Positions 10,392 to 21,328 of a stretch of 34,265 nt of DNA are shown here, one piece after another (position 1 is the first letter of the stretch; each line of letters starts with the position of its first letter). A program made the position numbers and the translations under genes. Source of the DNA: Nanobdellota archaeon. GTDB taxonomy: Archaea > Aenigmatarchaeota > Aenigmatarchaeia > Aenigmatarchaeales > SZUA-1535. The stretch spans positions 1 to 34,265 of the forward strand of contig DQVX01000067.1 in assembly GCA_015661515.1 (NCBI GenBank), given 5' to 3'. Under the pieces are notes generated by a model, which ran no database searches, was not told the DNA's origin, and saw nothing but the letters and a program-made list of their open reading frames with translations.

Positions 10392-10705
10392 TTAACCACC
10401 GTATTAATTAAAATTTTAAGCCCATGCTCTACAAGTTTTTCTTTGTTTTCATTAAACTTTTTCTCAAGCTCTTTAACCTTTTTTTGAGCTTGATTTAACA
10501 TGTTTTCAATTTCTTTTTCAATTTCTTTCTTAGCATTTTCTATAATTTCTTTTTCTTGTTTTTCAGCTTCCTCCTCAGCCATTGCTATTATTTCTTGCGC
10601 TTCTTTTAAAGCTTTTTCAATTAATTTTTTCTTTTCCTCCTCAGCCATTGCTATTATTTTTTCAGCTTCCTCCTCAGCCCTTTTTATTTTAAGGAGCTCT
10701 TCCAT
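10388..10705 (-). CDS. atpH: A-type ATP synthase subunit H (G-like peripheral stalk)
   Basis: IKRAEEEAEKII coiled coil; first gene of the operon, with its stop overlapping the atpI start. Confidence 0.9.
   Translation of the reverse strand: MEELLKIKRAEEEAEKIIAMAEEEKKKLIEKALKEAQEIIAMAEEEAEKQEKEIIENAKKEIEKEIENMLNQAQKKVKELEKKFNENKEKLVEHGLKILINTVVK
10559..10679. repeat. exact internal direct repeats within atpH
   Basis: 26-nt TTCCTCCTCAGCCATTGCTATTATTT at 10568 and 10634 (66 nt apart); 22-nt TTTTTCAGCTTCCTCCTCAGCC at 10559 and 10658 (99 nt apart). Confidence 0.85.
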
Positions 10706-10744
10706 ACTTTACACCTTTTTGGCTAAATTTAAATAATAAAATAA

Positions 10745-10782
10745 GATATATAAAATTATTGACTGGTATATATCACTATATA
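10745..10782 (+). promoter_or_regulatory. TATA-like element plus TATATA-N4-TATATA palindrome (candidate operator)
   Basis: GATATATAAA at about 10745; TATATA-TCAC-TATATA at 10767-10782, upstream of the PhoU-type gene. Confidence 0.4.
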
Positions 10783-10794
10783 GAAAGTGGTAAA

Positions 10795-11730
10795 ATGGAA
10801 GAAAGAAAACTTCAAGAAACAGGGCATGGAACATTGATTGTATCTCTTCCTAAGAAATGGATAAAATTAAACAAACTTCATAAAGGAGACATAGTAATAG
10901 TTACTTATTACAAGGATTATTTGATAATTTCTATACCAAAATCCGAAAAATTACAAACAACAATAAAATTTCTGGACATAGAAACAACTTTTAGAGAAAT
11001 AGTTTCAAAGTATATTCAAGGTTTTGATAAAATACATTTAGTTGCAAGTTCTTCACAATGGAAAGAATTAAAAAAAGTAAGGGAATATATACTAAAAAAA
11101 CTTCCTGGAGTTGAAGTAACAGATACTGAAAATGGTATACTTATAGAAATTGTAGCTTCTACAGAAAATTATGGAATAGAAAGAATTATTGAAAGAATAA
11201 ATTCGAATTTAAGATGGATGATATTATCAATAAAGCAAGCTTTAGAAACAAAAGATATAGAACTTCTTAAAGAAGTTTGTGAAAAAGATGATGAAATAGA
11301 TAGGTTAAATTTGCTTGCTAATAGATACATTTTTTCAATTCTCAAAAATCCAGAGTTTTTTAAGCTAAGAGAAAAAATTATATATTTCAAAATAATTTTA
11401 GATAAGTTTGAATCTATAGGAGATAGCATTGAATCTTTAGCAAGAAATTTGATTTTTGTAGTGCAAAATAAAAACTTGCCTATGAAAAAATTTTCAAAAG
11501 TTCTTACTTTAATGGAAAAGCTTATCTCAGATGTTATAAAGGCTTTTTTTAACTTGGATAAACAACTCGCAAACGAAATAATATTTCGAGGGAATAATTT
11601 TTCAAAAATAGCTTTGTCTCAATTGAGAAATATTTCGATTTCAGAGAACTTTGTTATAGCTGTGGAAAACCTTTCACATATTGGGCAATTATGTAAAGAA
11701 GCTGGGGAAGCTATAATAGATTTTGTTTAA
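10795..11730 (+). CDS. archaeal phosphate-uptake regulator (AbrB/SpoVT domain plus PhoU domains)
   Basis: RKLQETGHGTLIVSLPKKW (AbrB-like), YIQGFDKI, DDEIDRL and FESIGD. Start placed at ATG 10795. Confidence 0.85.
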   Translation: MEERKLQETGHGTLIVSLPKKWIKLNKLHKGDIVIVTYYKDYLIISIPKSEKLQTTIKFLDIETTFREIVSKYIQGFDKIHLVASSSQWKELKKVREYILKKLPGVEVTDTENGILIEIVASTENYGIERIIERINSNLRWMILSIKQALETKDIELLKEVCEKDDEIDRLNLLANRYIFSILKNPEFFKLREKIIYFKIILDKFESIGDSIESLARNLIFVVQNKNLPMKKFSKVLTLMEKLISDVIKAFFNLDKQLANEIIFRGNNFSKIALSQLRNISISENFVIAVENLSHIGQLCKEAGEAIIDFV

Positions 11731-12323
11731 GATTTTTCTTCACTTTCTTTTTCTATTTTCATTTCTTTTGGAAGTTCAGGTAAAATTCTTACTTGAATTC
11801 CAATTACTCCTGGTTTTAGTTCTGCTCTTGCATAACCTGTGCGTACAAGTGTTTCTGCGTATTCTCCAGCATATTTAAGATATCCTGCAAAGAATTTTTC
11901 TGTTCTTGCTAATTCTCCAGATAATTTTCCTGAAATAGTTATACAACAACCAGCTGCTTTTTCCATTATTCTTCTTAGCATTACATGAGCAACTTTTTTG
12001 TAATTAATTCCTCTTTCTAAAGCTCTTGCAATTTCTCTTGCCATTACTTGAGCATCAAGCTCAGGAACTTCTACTTCGCGAACATCAAGATTTATGTTAT
12101 CTAATCCAAAATTCTTTTTTATTTCACTTACTATTTTATCTATATTTCTTCCTCTTCTTCCTATAACTAAACCAGGGCGTGCTGCATAAACAACTATTCT
12201 TAGTCCTAAAGGTGTTCTTTGTATTTCGCAATGTGAATACCCAGCCCTATCAAAGAGTTTTTCTAAATATTCTTCAATTTGAGCTCTTTTTATTCCTTCT
12301 ACAATAAATTCTTTTTCTTTCAT
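11727..12323 (-). CDS. rps3: 30S ribosomal protein S3 (uS3)
   Basis: RAGYS...RTPLG...RPGLVIGRRG KH domain; ISGKL...PGVIGIQVRI. Confidence 0.97.
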   Translation of the reverse strand: MKEKEFIVEGIKRAQIEEYLEKLFDRAGYSHCEIQRTPLGLRIVVYAARPGLVIGRRGRNIDKIVSEIKKNFGLDNINLDVREVEVPELDAQVMAREIARALERGINYKKVAHVMLRRIMEKAAGCCITISGKLSGELARTEKFFAGYLKYAGEYAETLVRTGYARAELKPGVIGIQVRILPELPKEMKIEKESEEKS

Positions 12324-12706
12324 CTTTTTTCCACCACTAATTTTATATGTGCTATTTTAAGTTTTGAACCAAAACTACTTTTTCTTCTTCTTCTATATAT
12401 AGTTGGACCTTTATTTACAGATAAACATTTTATCCATAAATTTTCTATATCGAATCCTCTAAATTTAGCATTTGCTTCTACACTTTTAAAAATTCTTAAA
12501 AGAGCTTTAGCTGTTTTTGTATAAAGCTTACCATTTACATTTACTTCTTCGTTTACAAGCTTTTCTAAAAATTCCTTCGCTTTTGTAAATTTTTTATATC
12601 TTCTTACAACATACCTTGCAAGCTCGACTCCTTTTTTCCATGAAATATTCTCGGTTGTTTGAGCATACACCATTTTTTCTTTATCAATAGGCACAGGATA
12701 TCCCAT
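12320..12706 (-). CDS. rpl22: 50S ribosomal protein L22 (uL22), short and divergent
   Basis: Position between S19 and S3; ISWKK...L.SVEANA...G...L.I...VNKG...HIKLVV. Confidence 0.88.
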   Translation of the reverse strand: MGYPVPIDKEKMVYAQTTENISWKKGVELARYVVRRYKKFTKAKEFLEKLVNEEVNVNGKLYTKTAKALLRIFKSVEANAKFRGFDIENLWIKCLSVNKGPTIYRRRRKSSFGSKLKIAHIKLVVEKR

Positions 12707-12717
12707 AGGCAGCACCT

Positions 12718-13107
12718 TTACTTAACAGAGACGAACTTACTTGATCTTGTAGCACCTATTCCTGGTGCAGAGTGTTTTACAGGTTTGCGTGTAGGAGCAA
12801 ATTCTCCAAGTCTATGGCCTATCATTTCAGGTGTAATTTTTACAGGTACAAATTCTTTTCCGTTATGTACTCCAATTGTTAAACCAACCATTTCAGGAAG
12901 AATAACCATATCACGACAATGAGTTTTTATAAATTTATTTGTACCTTTATACTTTCTTATTTTTTGTAAAAGCTTTTTCTCTGCTTCAGTAAAACCACGG
13001 CGAAGTTTTCTTCTTATTCTTGCAGTTGTTATTTTAGCAAATTCATCTAATGACATTTTCTGAAGCTCTTCTAAAGTATAACCTTTATAGGTAAATACTC
13101 TAGCCAT
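12718..13107 (-). CDS. rps19: 30S ribosomal protein S19 (uS19)
   Basis: [26 protein letters not shown] and MIGHRLGEF. Confidence 0.98.
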   Translation of the reverse strand: MARVFTYKGYTLEELQKMSLDEFAKITTARIRRKLRRGFTEAEKKLLQKIRKYKGTNKFIKTHCRDMVILPEMVGLTIGVHNGKEFVPVKITPEMIGHRLGEFAPTRKPVKHSAPGIGATRSSKFVSVK

Positions 13108-13112
13108 AATTA

Positions 13113-13826
13113 TCACCTCTTATCTTTACCTGTTTTTCTAATACCAGTTCGTCTTGCAGCTATACTACCAACTTTTGCTCCAGGAGGAGCATGTCTTGAA
13201 ACAGTTTTAGGCTGCCCTGGACCAGTTTGTCCACCAAAAGGATGATCTACAGCATTCATTTTACATGGACTTGTTCTTGGCCAAAGTTTATTTCGAGCTT
13301 TCATAGCATAATATTTTTGTCCTGCTTTTACAAACGGTTTATCTTTTCTTCCTCCACCTGCAGGAATTCCAACTGTTGCTAAGCATCTACCATCAAATTC
13401 TTTAAATTTACCAGAGGGCATTTTAACAACTACAGTTTCTTCTGTTTTTGAAACAACAACAGCATAACTTCCACTTGCTCTGCAAAATTTTGGTCCAGAG
13501 CCAGGAAATGCTTCTATTCCACAAACAGGCGTTCCTGTAGGAATTTGGGAAAGTGGTGCAATACTTTTCGATGAAAAACTTCCTATAGTTATAGTATCTC
13601 CTACCATTAGCCCTTCTGTAGCAATTATAAGTGTTTCTTTTCCATCAGGTAAAGTAACAATAGCTACAGGTGCATTTCTTCCAGGATCATGAACAATATC
13701 TTTAACAATAGCATTTACAGGTTGAGATACATTAATATACCTAACTTTTCCTACATATCTATGCGAAGGTGCACGGTAAGTAGGTGAGCCTTTCCCACGG
13801 CGTTGAGCTATAATCCTTTTTCCCAT
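13113..13826 (-). CDS. rpl2: 50S ribosomal protein L2 (uL2)
   Basis: [31 protein letters not shown] and [16 protein letters not shown]. Confidence 0.98.
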   Translation of the reverse strand: MGKRIIAQRRGKGSPTYRAPSHRYVGKVRYINVSQPVNAIVKDIVHDPGRNAPVAIVTLPDGKETLIIATEGLMVGDTITIGSFSSKSIAPLSQIPTGTPVCGIEAFPGSGPKFCRASGSYAVVVSKTEETVVVKMPSGKFKEFDGRCLATVGIPAGGGRKDKPFVKAGQKYYAMKARNKLWPRTSPCKMNAVDHPFGGQTGPGQPKTVSRHAPPGAKVGSIAARRTGIRKTGKDKR

Positions 13827-13836
13827 TATCCCCACC

Positions 13837-14106
13837 TTATATCATTCCTAATCTTGTAGCTATATCTGAAGCTTTATATTCTTTTGAAAGTTTTACATAA
13901 GCTTTTTTTCTACCTTTTCTATCTATAAGAGTTCTAACTTCTTCTACTTTTACTTCAAAAAGTTTTTCAACAGCTTTAGCTATTTGCTTTTTTGTTGCAC
14001 TTCTATCTACTATAAAAACTATTTTATTTTGCGTTTCTATAAGCCCAACAGCTTTTTCCGTGAGTAAAGGATATTTTATAATTTTAAACGGATCAAAGTT
14101 ATACAT
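13837..14106 (-). CDS. rpl23: 50S ribosomal protein L23 (uL23)
   Basis: [19 protein letters not shown] and KKAYVKL. Confidence 0.97.
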   Translation of the reverse strand: MYNFDPFKIIKYPLLTEKAVGLIETQNKIVFIVDRSATKKQIAKAVEKLFEVKVEEVRTLIDRKGRKKAYVKLSKEYKASDIATRLGMI

Positions 14107-14108
14107 AG

Positions 14109-14909
14109 CTATTCACCTAACCTCTTTTTAAGCACCTCAATTGCAGATTTACTCCATATTGTAATTCTTCCTGGATGTGCTCCAGGAGCAAGATGCTCTG
14201 CATTAAGGTCTTTTGCCGAAACTACATCTACACCAGGAATATTTTCAGCAGCTTTGGCAAGAGGAACATTTTTATGGGAAACAACAAAAAGTACAGATTT
14301 TTTCTTTTTATATCTTCTCCCACGCATTTTACCTTTTCCTGCTCTTACTTTTTTCTTTTTAGCTCTTTCGAGTTCTTTTTCTAATCCTATTTTTTTCAAA
14401 AATTCTTCAACTTCTTTTGTTCTTTTAATTTGTTCAACAGAGTCTTCAACAATTATAGGAAGCTCACCTTCATATTTATGTCCACGTTTTTTAACAATTT
14501 CAGGAATGGCAGTAGCAGAAATTGCAGAAATAAGAGCTAATAGTTTTTCTTTTTTGTTTATTTTTTGTTTCCATATTTTCTCAGCTTTTGGAGGATGAGC
14601 TCTTCTTCCACCAACAGCTTGAGGCACAAATCTTGCTCTAAAGTTTAGATGAGGAGAAGAATTATGAATTCTTGGCACTCTTGCAAGCTCACGATTCATC
14701 ATTGTCCATCTTCTATCTCTTCTTCCGTGATAATGGGCGCTTGTTCTTTTTCCAGCAAGAGGATCTGCACCATAAGGTTGGCGTCTATTTGCTTGGAAAG
14801 CAAGAACACAACGTCTTATAATATCTTCTCTTACAGGTTGAGAGAAAAAGCTAGGTAAATTTATTTTTTCTACAACTTTTCCTTCTATGTTAAGTACATT
14901 TGCTTGCAT
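14109..14909 (-). CDS. rpl4: 50S ribosomal protein L4 (uL4)
   Basis: [37 protein letters not shown] and LAPGAHPGR. Confidence 0.98.
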   Translation of the reverse strand: MQANVLNIEGKVVEKINLPSFFSQPVREDIIRRCVLAFQANRRQPYGADPLAGKRTSAHYHGRRDRRWTMMNRELARVPRIHNSSPHLNFRARFVPQAVGGRRAHPPKAEKIWKQKINKKEKLLALISAISATAIPEIVKKRGHKYEGELPIIVEDSVEQIKRTKEVEEFLKKIGLEKELERAKKKKVRAGKGKMRGRRYKKKKSVLFVVSHKNVPLAKAAENIPGVDVVSAKDLNAEHLAPGAHPGRITIWSKSAIEVLKKRLGE

Positions 14910-14923
14910 TTTTTAACACCTAA

Positions 14924-15886
14924 TTACTGTTTTGGTGCCAAAGATATATAAGCTATATTTATTGGTGGGTTCTTTTCAGGCGGTCTTATAGCAAAGCGCA
15001 TTCTTATTAATCTTTTCTTTGGTCCAGGAACAGAGCCTTTAACAAGCACGCCTATTGTTTTCAATATTCCATAATGAGGGAATCCGCCTTTTGGATTTAT
15101 TTCTTCAGGTTTAACTATTTTAATTATTCTTTTATTTAGCTCTGTTCTTGTTTGGAATCCATGCTGCCCAGCTGCTGGAACTGTTGGAAGTACACGTCCA
15201 CGACCTCGGCTACCAAGTGCTCCTACATGTCTATGCATTTGTTTCATTTTTCTTCCATGTAGCTTTATTCCAAATCTTTTTACAGGCCCTTCAAACCCAT
15301 GTCCTTTGGTTACTGCAGTTACATCTATCCAATCCCCTTCTTTAAATACATCTGTAACATTAAGTTGTTTTCCTAATAAACTTTTTGCATATTCAAACTG
15401 AGCCTCTGGTGAACCTGCAATACCTATTTCAAAAATTTCAGGTGTTTTTTTGAAAGTAGGATTAGTATGGCATATTAATCTAACTTTAGCAACTTTTTCA
15501 ATATCTACATCTTCAGGATTTATTTTAGGAATTTTTCCTTTTCCAAGCGTTGTTTTTCTTCTCAGCTTAGAATCAAGGTTTTCTGCAAATATGTCGCAAA
15601 GTGTTTTCAAACCTTCGTAAGTTTGCTTATAGCATCTAAATCCAAAAACAGTAAGAGGTGGGCATTCTATAACAGTAACAGGTGTAAAAACTTTCATTCC
15701 ATATGTAGGAGAGTTTTTATCTTCATCTACAAGTAGCACATGTGTCATTCCTGCTTTATATCCTGCGAATCCTAAAGCTTTTGGCTCACCTTCTATTTCT
15801 GGGAAATTTTGCCTTGGATAAATACGTTTAGCTCTTTTTCTTGGATAAAATGCTCTCGAACCTCTTTTTGGTCTACTTTCTCTCAT
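14924..15886 (-). CDS. rpl3: 50S ribosomal protein L3 (uL3)
   Basis: RGS...PRKRA, GFAGYKAGMTH, TKGHGFEGPVKRFG and GSVPGPKKRLI. ATG 15886 lies 5 nt after AGGTGA. Confidence 0.98.
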   Translation of the reverse strand: MRESRPKRGSRAFYPRKRAKRIYPRQNFPEIEGEPKALGFAGYKAGMTHVLLVDEDKNSPTYGMKVFTPVTVIECPPLTVFGFRCYKQTYEGLKTLCDIFAENLDSKLRRKTTLGKGKIPKINPEDVDIEKVAKVRLICHTNPTFKKTPEIFEIGIAGSPEAQFEYAKSLLGKQLNVTDVFKEGDWIDVTAVTKGHGFEGPVKRFGIKLHGRKMKQMHRHVGALGSRGRGRVLPTVPAAGQHGFQTRTELNKRIIKIVKPEEINPKGGFPHYGILKTIGVLVKGSVPGPKKRLIRMRFAIRPPEKNPPINIAYISLAPKQ

Positions 15887-16038
15887 TCGCTTCACCTAAA
15901 AACTTTATTGAGTTTGAAAAGAAAGGTATTTAAATTTTTTTATGATATGTGCGAGTAAATTTATTAATTTTTAGAACAGAAACTGTTACTTTGGTATCTT
16001 AAAAGTTATTTATAAAGTCTGAAGTTGTATAATTCTTT

Positions 16039-17760
16039 ATGATAGAGAATGTTTTTGTTGAATTAAGCATAATCATAATTCTTGCAGTAATAATTTCTGG
16101 GATTATGAAATTTTTAAAACAGCCACTAATAATTGGATATATTCTTACAGGAATTTTAGCTGGCCCACTTTTTCTTAACATAGTTAAGCCACATGATGTA
16201 ATAACAACTCTTTCCCAGTTTGGAATAGTATTCTTGTTATTTATAGCAGGTTTAAGTTTAAACCCAAAGGTATTGAAAAGTGTAGGTAAAGTTTCTCTTA
16301 TAACAGGCTTAGGGCAAATATTATTTACTACTATTATAGGCTTTATAATTGCAAAACTTTTGGGATTTTCGGATATAGAAGCATTGTACATAGCTGTAGC
16401 ATTAACTTTTAGCAGCACTATTATAATAGTAAAATTACTTTCTGATAAAAATGATCTTCAAAGTCTTTACGGAAGAATCTCTTTAGGTTTTCTTATTGTA
16501 CAAGACATAGTTGCGATATTTATTTTAATGGTAATTTCTTCTTTAAACAATGCTATTGATGTTATAAATTTTGTTATGAAAACAATTTTAACAGGGATAG
16601 GTTTGCTTGTTTTTATAGGATTTTTAAGCGTATTTGTTTTACCAAGAATCATTAATATTGTTGCAAAATCACAAGAATTTTTGCTTTTGTTTTCAATAGC
16701 ATGGCTTCTGTTTATAACTATTATTTTCCATTACTTCAATTTCTCAATAGAAATTGGGGCATTGATTGCTGGTATTTCTCTTTCTATGTCTCCTTATCAT
16801 TTTGAAATTAAATCTAAAATGTCTGTACTAAGAGATTTCTTTATTCTTTTCTTTTTTGTTTTACTCGGTTCGCAAATAAGTATTATGAATGTTTCACAAT
16901 TTTTATTACCTATTCTAATTTTTTCTTTATTCATTCTTATCGGAAATCCACTTATAGTAATGTTTTTAATGGGGTTGCTTAGATATACAAAAAGAACAGG
17001 ATTTTTAGCAGGCTTAACTGTAGCTCAAATAAGTGAGTTTTCCTTAATATTAATAGCTTTGGGTGTTAAAGTAGGGCATTTATCTAATGATATATTAGCT
17101 ATGGTAACAACCATAGGATTAATAACAATGTTTGTTTCTACTTATATGATAATTCATGCTAACAAACTATATTGCTATCTTTCTAAATATCTAAACATTT
17201 TTGAAAGAAAAGGAAGAAAAATCGATGAACATATTCATCACAAAGGTAAGCACTACGATATTATTTTATTCGGTTGTAATAGAATAGGATGGAGTTTGCT
17301 TAAATCTCTTAAAAAGGTTAGTAAAAACTTACTTATTGTGGATTATGATCCTGAAATAATAATTTCCTTAGCAAAAAAAGGATATGAATGTAGGTATGGA
17401 GATGCAAATGATATAGAATTCCTAAACAAATTGGATTTCTCTAAAACAAAAATGGTGATTTCAACAATTCCAGATATAGAAACTAATTTGTTGCTTATAA
17501 GAAAAATTAAAGAAGTCAATAAAAAAGCTATAATAATTATTGTTTCTCATCAAATCGAAGAAGCTTTGAAATTATATGAAAGTGGAGCAACATATGTTAT
17601 AATGCCATATTTCTTAGGCGCTCAACATGCATCAACGTTAATAGAAAAATATGGAATGGATTTAAGAAAGTTCCTTGAAGAAAAATCAAAGCAAATAGCT
17701 CATTTGAAGACAAGAATTAAATTGAAACATGAACATCCTAAAGCAGAAAGACATAGATAA
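16039..17760 (+). CDS. Kef-type cation/H+ antiporter (CPA2) with C-terminal TrkA-N/RCK domain
   Basis: Multi-TM with LKQPLIIGY, FSSTIII, LIVQD, LRDFF and QISEFS; GCNRIG...VDYDP...YGDA RCK domain. TTTATAAA lies about 23 nt upstream, so the mRNA is likely leaderless. Confidence 0.93.
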   Translation: MIENVFVELSIIIILAVIISGIMKFLKQPLIIGYILTGILAGPLFLNIVKPHDVITTLSQFGIVFLLFIAGLSLNPKVLKSVGKVSLITGLGQILFTTIIGFIIAKLLGFSDIEALYIAVALTFSSTIIIVKLLSDKNDLQSLYGRISLGFLIVQDIVAIFILMVISSLNNAIDVINFVMKTILTGIGLLVFIGFLSVFVLPRIINIVAKSQEFLLLFSIAWLLFITIIFHYFNFSIEIGALIAGISLSMSPYHFEIKSKMSVLRDFFILFFFVLLGSQISIMNVSQFLLPILIFSLFILIGNPLIVMFLMGLLRYTKRTGFLAGLTVAQISEFSLILIALGVKVGHLSNDILAMVTTIGLITMFVSTYMIIHANKLYCYLSKYLNIFERKGRKIDEHIHHKGKHYDIILFGCNRIGWSLLKSLKKVSKNLLIVDYDPEIIISLAKKGYECRYGDANDIEFLNKLDFSKTKMVISTIPDIETNLLLIRKIKEVNKKAIIIIVSHQIEEALKLYESGATYVIMPYFLGAQHASTLIEKYGMDLRKFLEEKSKQIAHLKTRIKLKHEHPKAERHR

Positions 17761-17792
17761 TTTTAAAATTTTTTCAATAATTTAATTTTCAC

Positions 17793-18149
17793 ATGAAAAT
17801 AGTTATTGATACAAATTTTTGGATATATGCAGTGCTTTATAAGATAAGAATATTCGAAGAGCTATTAGGCTATGAAATATATACCTTAGACAAAGTTTTA
17901 CAAGAATTAAAGCAAATTTCAAAAAAGAAAACAAAACAAGCTATAGCTTCTAAAATTGCTCTTGGAATGATTGAAAAATTTAATGTGAAAATTATAAATG
18001 CTCCTAAATCTGCAGACGAAAAATTGGTTGAACTCGCAACACAAGGTTTTATAATAGCAACAAATGATGCTGAACTTGTGAAAAAAATAAAAAATTTAGG
18101 TGGAAAAGTAGCTCAAATTCGTCAGAAAAAGTACATTGAATTTCTTTAA
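17793..18149 (+). CDS. PIN-domain protein, Fcf1/Utp24-like (COG1412)
   Basis: VIDTNF, V..EL, AD, IATND..L and IRQKKY. Confidence 0.85.
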   Translation: MKIVIDTNFWIYAVLYKIRIFEELLGYEIYTLDKVLQELKQISKKKTKQAIASKIALGMIEKFNVKIINAPKSADEKLVELATQGFIIATNDAELVKKIKNLGGKVAQIRQKKYIEFL

Positions 18150-18948
18150 AATAGTTTTCCACCTATAAAAGCTAAAAGACCTAAAAACATAGAAATTTTC
18201 GACCATTTTACTGCTTTGCTTGGAGAAATAAGAGAAAGAACACAGGTATAAGCAAAACTTAATACACAAGGGAGTACTAATAAAAGATACGCATCACTGA
18301 AAATTCCTAGTAAATACGGAAGAGGTGCTAAAGCAATTGAGCAGAGCATAAAGCTTATAGAAAAAATACTTGCTTCGAATTTTCCTATAGCTACGGCAAG
18401 CGTTTTTATATTAGCTTTTTTATCACCTTCAAAATCTTCGACATCTTTTATTATTTCCCTTCCTATATTCGAAACAAAAGCCAAAAGAGATAAAACTATT
18501 GGTGCAGGGTTTTGCGAAATTATTCCACCGTAAAGAAATATAGAAGCCACTAAATAAGCTATTACAAGGTTTTTAATAAATATTATTCTTTTTAGTTTAA
18601 ATGAATAAAGTATAAGAAGAATAGAATTGAAAAAAGCCAAAAGAAAAGCATTAATTCCTAAAAAAAGAGAGGTAATTATTCCAATACAAAAGAAAATTGA
18701 AGAAAAAATTACTAAAAGTTTGCTATATTTTTTTGTTATTTTCCATTTTTGAGGCTTATTTATTTTATCAATTTCAATATCAAAAAAATCGTTTATTAAC
18801 ATCCCTCCTGCGCATATAAAAAATACAGAAACAAATGCTAAAAGAAATATATTAAACTCTGAAACATCTCCTATCCATAAAGAAAAAATTATAGCTAAAC
18901 CAGCCATTAAGCAATTTACTGGCCTTAAAAGTAAAATAAAATCTTTCA

Positions 18949-18949
<1 letters not shown>
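18146..18949 (-). CDS. UbiA-family prenyltransferase, probable digeranylgeranylglyceryl phosphate synthase
   Basis: LLRPVNCL, NDFFDIEIDKINKP, LYSFKLK and REIIKDVEDFEGD...TL; multi-TM. Confidence 0.85.
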
Positions 18950-19702
<753 letters not shown>

Positions 19703-19705
19703 ATT

Positions 19706-20149
19706 TCATATCATTCTTTCAAGAAGCTCATTTATAGCAGAACCTCTATATCCAAGTTCACCTTTTGGGTAATGTTCTTTTATAGATTTTTTAAATCCCT
19801 TGGAAGGAGGTGCAAGCCTAAAAACAGGTTTTAAACCAAGTCTTATTAATACTTTTGCCGGCTGTTCTTCACTCTTTTTAAGTTCTTGTAATACCTTTTC
19901 TACTTCTTCTTTACTAAGTCTTTTATCTCCAATTTTTCTTCCACGTTTTTCTATTAGCTTTTTCAATGTTTCTTCTGAAATTTCACCCCATGTAATATAA
20001 TCTTTAGCTTTTTGAAGCATTCCTTTTATAGAATCATTTAATTTAAAAAGCACACAATGATGTTTACGATGTAATCTAAGCATTTTTAAAGTATCTTGTA
20101 TATCCCTTCTTACACCAACTCTTCCACGAATCCTTATTACTGCAATCAC
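19706..20149 (-). CDS. rpl30: 50S ribosomal protein L30 (uL30)
   Basis: AVIRIRG, TLKMLRL, GMLQKAKDYITWGE, FRLAPP and GELGYRG; GTG start overlapping the S5 stop. Confidence 0.97.
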   Translation of the reverse strand: MIAVIRIRGRVGVRRDIQDTLKMLRLHRKHHCVLFKLNDSIKGMLQKAKDYITWGEISEETLKKLIEKRGRKIGDKRLSKEEVEKVLQELKKSEEQPAKVLIRLGLKPVFRLAPPSKGFKKSIKEHYPKGELGYRGSAINELLERMI

Positions 20150-20832
20150 TCTTTCTCACCTATTATACCAGATTTTATTTTAAATTCTTCTGGAAGCTTA
20201 TATCTATGAAGAGATTTAAGAGCATCAAAAACTGCTCTTACAAAATTTATTCTTGTTCTTGTATCTCCACGTGATTTCATCCATATATCTTGGATTCCTG
20301 CTAAGCGTAAAAGCTTTTTAATTTCATCAGGAGCACATAATCCAAGACCACGAGGAGCAGGCATTAGTTTTACTCTTACAGATCCACATTTTCCTGTAAC
20401 AGTTAATGGTATAGAATGTTTTTCTCCACATCTACATTCCCAAGAACCACAACCTCTTAAAATAGGAATAATATTTTTCTTAGCTTCTCTTACAGCTTTT
20501 TCATAAACTTCTCTTTGCTTACCCATAGGTCCTGCTCCAAGTCCTATTCCAACCCAACCATCTTCATTTCCAACTGCTACAAGCATAGAAATTTTATGTC
20601 TTCTTCCGCTCTTGTGCATGCGTGTTGTTCTTCTTACAGGAACTCTTTTCTTTCCTCCACCTTTTCCTGAAGAACCTCCTATAAGAAAGATTTCTACTTT
20701 AAGATTAGGAAGAAGAAAATCCACTATTTCAGGTTCCATTATTCTATACCCTTTAAGGAAAACCTCATCTAAGCTATTTATTTCTCCATTTAATACTTTT
20801 CTTCCTAACTCTGTTTTAGGAACCCATTCCAT
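20146..20832 (-). CDS. rps5: 30S ribosomal protein S5 (uS5)
   Basis: WVPKTELGR, EPEIVD, RGCGSWEC and PAPRGLGL; start at ATG 20832. Confidence 0.97.
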   Translation of the reverse strand: MEWVPKTELGRKVLNGEINSLDEVFLKGYRIMEPEIVDFLLPNLKVEIFLIGGSSGKGGGKKRVPVRRTTRMHKSGRRHKISMLVAVGNEDGWVGIGLGAGPMGKQREVYEKAVREAKKNIIPILRGCGSWECRCGEKHSIPLTVTGKCGSVRVKLMPAPRGLGLCAPDEIKKLLRLAGIQDIWMKSRGDTRTRINFVRAVFDALKSLHRYKLPEEFKIKSGIIGEKE

Positions 20833-21328
20833 TGAAAGCACCTCTTATTCTTTCAGCAACTTCTTTTACTTTTTTTTCCATATCTTCTGATATATGTTTT
20901 CCATATATTCTTTCTTCTGAAGGTAAAATTTCTTCTGAATGAGGAACATGAATTCCTGCATCAAGCACACCTTTAAGAGCAGCATATATTCTTCCTCCTT
21001 TTGTAGATGTTTGCAAACCTATATCTAAAACACCTTCTTTTATTCCAGCTTTTTTAGCTTTAAGCCCAGCTAATAAACCTGTTAAATATGCAGCAGGAAC
21101 ATTACCACAGTAATGATCCCAACCATATTTTGCAAGCTCTTTTGAAAATGCCTGAACTATAGTATGATCACCTTCTCCAGTCCATTTTATAAACTGTACA
21201 CGCATATGCTTTAAAGATTTTCTTACAACTACTCTTATTTTCCCTGATTTAAGCAATTTTAATCTTTTTCTATAATTAGTTTTTAGTTCTCTTCTTCTCC
21301 TATGTTTTACTACATATCCTTTTTTCAT
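20816..21328 (-). CDS. rpl18: 50S ribosomal protein L18 (uL18)
   Basis: RRRRELKTNYRKRLKLL, NVPAAYLTG and LDIGL...KGVLDAG. Confidence 0.97.
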   Translation of the reverse strand: MKKGYVVKHRRRRELKTNYRKRLKLLKSGKIRVVVRKSLKHMRVQFIKWTGEGDHTIVQAFSKELAKYGWDHYCGNVPAAYLTGLLAGLKAKKAGIKEGVLDIGLQTSTKGGRIYAALKGVLDAGIHVPHSEEILPSEERIYGKHISEDMEKKVKEVAERIRGAFNGMGS

